From NCBI GenBank assembly GCA_044356215.1, contig JBIKWQ010000095.1:1-10483 (forward strand): a stretch of 10,483 nucleotides of DNA. Direction: 5' to 3'. Below are positions 7,534 to 10,483 of this stretch, piece after piece. Position numbers and translations under genes: made by a program. The notes under the pieces were generated by a model. The model was not told the origin of the DNA. It did no database searches and was given only the letters and a program-made list of their open reading frames with translations. Every line of letters starts with the position of its first letter. The stretch's first letter is position 1. The stretch comes from Bdellovibrionota bacterium (GTDB lineage: Bacteria > Bdellovibrionota_C > UBA2361 > OMII01).

Positions 7534-8850
7534 ATGTTAAACGCCATGAAAAACGAATTCACAGATTACAAAGTAGCCGATATGTCCGCCGCCACGGTTG
7601 ACTGGGGTCGTAAAGAGATTCAGATGGCGGAGAAGGAGATGCCTGGATTGATGGCTCTTCGCGAGGAATACGGCAAGCAGAAGCCACTAAAGGGCGCTCG
7701 TATCGCTGGCTCGCTACACATGACGATTCAGACAGCAGTTCTGATTGAGACCCTAATCGAACTAGGAGCTGAGGTTAGGTGGTCGAGTTGCAACATATTC
7801 TCAACACAAGATCACGCTGCCGCGGCGATAGCTGCTGTAGGCATCCCAGTTTTTGCTTGGAAGGGCGAGACCGCTGAGGAGTACGACTGGTGTTTAGAGC
7901 AGACGATCCACTTCGGTTCTCAAGGGCCGAACATGATCCTCGATGATGGTGGCGATCTGACTATGCTTGTGCACAACAAGTATCCTGAGATGATGAAGGA
8001 CATCATCGGCATCTCTGAGGAGACAACCACAGGAGTTCACCGTCTTTATGAGATGATGAAGCAAGGCAAGCTAAAGGCACCAGCGTTTAACGTGAATGAT
8101 TGCGTTACTAAGTCTAAGTTTGACAATCTTTACGGATGCCGTGAGTCTCTCGCTGACGGAATCAAGCGCGCTACAGATATCATGGTAGCTGGAAAGGTTG
8201 TTGTAGTAGCTGGATTTGGAGATGTAGGTAAAGGCAGCGCGCACTCAATGCGTGGCCTAGGCGCTCGAGTTCTCATCACTGAGATCGACCCGATCTGCGC
8301 TCTGCAGGCTTCGATGGAAGGCTATCAAGTTGTAACGATGGAGACAGCGGCTCCAATGGCTGACATATTTGTTACAGCTACAGGTAACGTAAACATCATC
8401 AATGAGAAGCACTTCAAGTTGATGAAGGATGAGGCGATCATTTGTAACATCGGCCACTTCGACAATGAGATCGACATGGCTTGGCTAAATAAGAACACCA
8501 AGAAGGTTACGGTAAAGCCACAAGTTGATAAGCATGTATTTGCTGATGGCCGCTCACTAATTGTTTTAGCTGAGGGACGATTAGTGAATCTTGGATGCGC
8601 TACAGGCCACCCAAGTTTTGTAATGTCGACCTCTTTCACGAATCAGACCCTAGCTCAGATTGAGCTTTACACGAAGAAGGGACAGTACCCGATCGGCGTG
8701 TATGTATTACCAAAGGTGCTAGATGAGAAGGTTGCTCGTCTCCATCTCAAGAAGCTCGGAGTTGAGCTAACAGAGATGACTGAGGAGCAGTCAAAGTATC
8801 TAGGAATCGCGAAGACTGGGCCGTTTAAGCCTGAGCATTATAGGTACTAG
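7534..8850 (+). CDS. ahcY: Adenosylhomocysteinase (SAH hydrolase), ~438 aa
   Basis: Motifs [73 protein letters not shown] and [10 protein letters not shown]. The start is more likely ATG 7534 (AGGA upstream) or 7546 than the track's GTG 7450. Confidence 0.98.
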   Translation: MLNAMKNEFTDYKVADMSAATVDWGRKEIQMAEKEMPGLMALREEYGKQKPLKGARIAGSLHMTIQTAVLIETLIELGAEVRWSSCNIFSTQDHAAAAIAAVGIPVFAWKGETAEEYDWCLEQTIHFGSQGPNMILDDGGDLTMLVHNKYPEMMKDIIGISEETTTGVHRLYEMMKQGKLKAPAFNVNDCVTKSKFDNLYGCRESLADGIKRATDIMVAGKVVVVAGFGDVGKGSAHSMRGLGARVLITEIDPICALQASMEGYQVVTMETAAPMADIFVTATGNVNIINEKHFKLMKDEAIICNIGHFDNEIDMAWLNKNTKKVTVKPQVDKHVFADGRSLIVLAEGRLVNLGCATGHPSFVMSTSFTNQTLAQIELYTKKGQYPIGVYVLPKVLDEKVARLHLKKLGVELTEMTEEQSKYLGIAKTGPFKPEHYRY

Positions 8851-8890
8851 ATCAGGGCGATTCATCACAGGATCGCGCTCTTACAAGACG

Positions 8891-8946
8891 TCTCCGCAGC
8901 CGCGTTCGAGTCTTTTGCTCGGTCGTGGCTGCGGAGATTTTCTTTT
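8891..8946 (+). terminator. Rho-independent terminator of ahcY
   Basis: 14-bp stem TCTCCGCAGCCGCG (8891-8904)/CGTGGCTGCGGAGA (8924-8937) with one G-U, an inner TCGAG/CTCGG extension, then TTTTCTTTT. Confidence 0.85.
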
Positions 8947-9095
8947 CGCTATGAAGAAAGAAGGCGTAATCTGACTATTACCCATATCCTGGGAGATAAG
9001 TCTTAACTATCTGCTGAGTAGTTACGTCGCTTCTTGTACACCTAGTTGAGATAGTTTATACTGAGTGGACATTTTACGCGGTATTTTGATCACTA

Positions 9096-10256
9096 ATGTT
9101 GATCTCTCGGCAAATAGCTAAAATAATTGAGGAATCAAAGAAGAGTATCCTTTTGCTAGGTCCTCGTCAGACCGGTAAATCAACTCTTATCTCCGCGCTG
9201 AGCCCGGATCTGTCGATCAACCTTGCTCGCGAATCCACCTTTCTTGAGTTCGCCTCTGACCCGACTTTGCTAGATGCTCAGATTAATGCCCTCAAGCCTC
9301 GAACCGTTTTTATCGACGAGGTACAGCGTCTGCCATCCCTGCTCAACACAGTACAGGCAATAATCGATGAAAGTCGGGGTACGCTACGATTTTTTCTCAC
9401 GGGATCGAGCGCGCGAAAGTTGCGGCGCGGGCGCGCAAATCTCCTGCCGGGGCGAGTTTTAGCTCTTGAGCTTGGACCCCTCCTTCACGTTGAGCTCGGT
9501 GAAGCTTTTGATCTCTCGGCATCGCTCTCAGTAGGAACTCTGCCGGGAATTATCACTGATGATAGCGCGATAGAGCGAGAAAGAGTTTTGACCTCCTACG
9601 CTGGAACTTACCTTAAAGAGGAGATTCAAGCAGAGGCTTTAACGCGAGACCTAGAAGGTTTCGCCCGATTTATTCGATACTGCGCCGCCGCTTCAGGGCA
9701 GTATCTCGATATGACGCGACTGGCCGCAGAGGCGCAGGTTAAGCGAGCCTCAGCTATACGGTTCTTTGAAATACTTGAGGATACGATGCTCGCTTTCCGG
9801 TGCGATGCTTTCGCTAAATCTGAGCGGCGTCGACTGATTCAACACCCGCGCTTCTTCTTTTTTGATAACGGAGTGCTCAACGGAATTCTCGGCAATTTTA
9901 AGGTATCTGATGATCGCAGAGGGATGCTCTTCGAGCATCTTGTGATCACACAAGCATATCACACCGCGAGAGCTATCGGCGGTGAGATTCGACTCTCTAA
10001 TTATCGCACCGAGCATGGAGCGGAAGTTGATCTGGTCATAGAGCGAGCGAACGGAGAGATCCTCGCGGTTGAATGTAAATCCGGTGGTAATGTCGGATCA
10101 AATGATCTCGAGGGCTTTAGAAGCTTGGGCTCATACATCAACAAGCCTCACCGTAAGATTATTATCTATGGCGGCGCAACGCCCCGCAGGATTGATGATG
10201 TTGAGATCTTTCCGTTTCAGCTTGGATTAAGAGAGATATTTATGTGGGCGAGATAG
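9096..10256 (+). CDS. AAA+ ATPase (AAA_14 type) with DUF4143 and C-terminal PD-(D/E)xK-like domain
   Basis: Walker A GPRQTGKS, Walker B VFIDEVQ, LTGSSA, FFFDNG, GMLFEH and YRTEHGAEVDLVIE...AVECK. Confidence 0.9.
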   Translation: MLISRQIAKIIEESKKSILLLGPRQTGKSTLISALSPDLSINLARESTFLEFASDPTLLDAQINALKPRTVFIDEVQRLPSLLNTVQAIIDESRGTLRFFLTGSSARKLRRGRANLLPGRVLALELGPLLHVELGEAFDLSASLSVGTLPGIITDDSAIERERVLTSYAGTYLKEEIQAEALTRDLEGFARFIRYCAAASGQYLDMTRLAAEAQVKRASAIRFFEILEDTMLAFRCDAFAKSERRRLIQHPRFFFFDNGVLNGILGNFKVSDDRRGMLFEHLVITQAYHTARAIGGEIRLSNYRTEHGAEVDLVIERANGEILAVECKSGGNVGSNDLEGFRSLGSYINKPHRKIIIYGGATPRRIDDVEIFPFQLGLREIFMWAR

Positions 10257-10272
10257 CACCTCTTCTTATTAA

Positions 10273-10483
10273 GGAAGGCCGGCAAAACCCCTCCCTACTG
10301 CGAAAGCGGATCTTGGGCTGCTCTTCGAGTTTTCGAGATGGGAAAAAATCCTCAATGTATCACAGGGGATACACCTCCGGCCTTCGCTAAAGCTACGGCC
10401 GGCGAGGTTTTGTCGGACCAGACGTAGCCTTGGCGAAGGCTGGTGCGGTTTTTTCCCATCTCGAAAATCGAATATCAACTCAA
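10273..10483. mobile_element. Truncated copy B (inverted) of the palindromic MITE-like element
   Basis: Reverse complement of 1-209. Begins GGAAGGCCGGCAAAACCCC directly after TTAA (10269-10272), 16 nt after the ATPase stop. Internal 19-bp perfect inverted repeat at 10330-10348/10449-10467. Confidence 0.7.

Noticed and set aside
7470..7545. Possible SAH riboswitch upstream of ahcY (GCGTTGC...CCAGG...AACGC fragments)
   Set aside because: No P1 helix flanking the motifs and no GAGCG/CGCUC pseudoknot. The likely promoter places the TSS inside the motif. An Rfam scan would settle it.
1..10483. CRISPR array, tRNA/rRNA, integrase or transposase genes
   Set aside because: No regularly spaced direct repeats, no tRNA/rRNA signatures and no recombinase or transposase ORF seen.

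Overview
Bacterial chromosomal segment of roughly 50% GC carrying nine credible genes: delta-9-type fatty acid desaturase (-), rsfS (-), SGNH/GDSL hydrolase (+), EamA/DMT transporter (-) divergent from a tandem-domain Lrp/AsnC-like regulator (+), DUF4397-like lipoprotein, mazG, ahcY, and an AAA+ ATPase with DUF4143/PD-(D/E)xK domains (+). The most unusual content is non-coding. (1) Both window ends are inverted, ~96% identical copies of a truncated, highly self-complementary ~210-bp element. Its visible terminus (GGAAGG...) abuts a YTAR tetramer (CTAG / TTAA), as in the IS5 subgroup, and it carries a nested REP/REPIN-like doublet; it looks like a ~250-bp MITE. (2) A ~235-nt stretch on the minus strand (about 452 to 217) has no long ORF but has its own promoter-like motif, several G-U-containing helices, a GNRA loop, a possible pseudoknot and a strong terminator; it is a candidate unannotated structured ncRNA. 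All calls are by eye, with no database searches.
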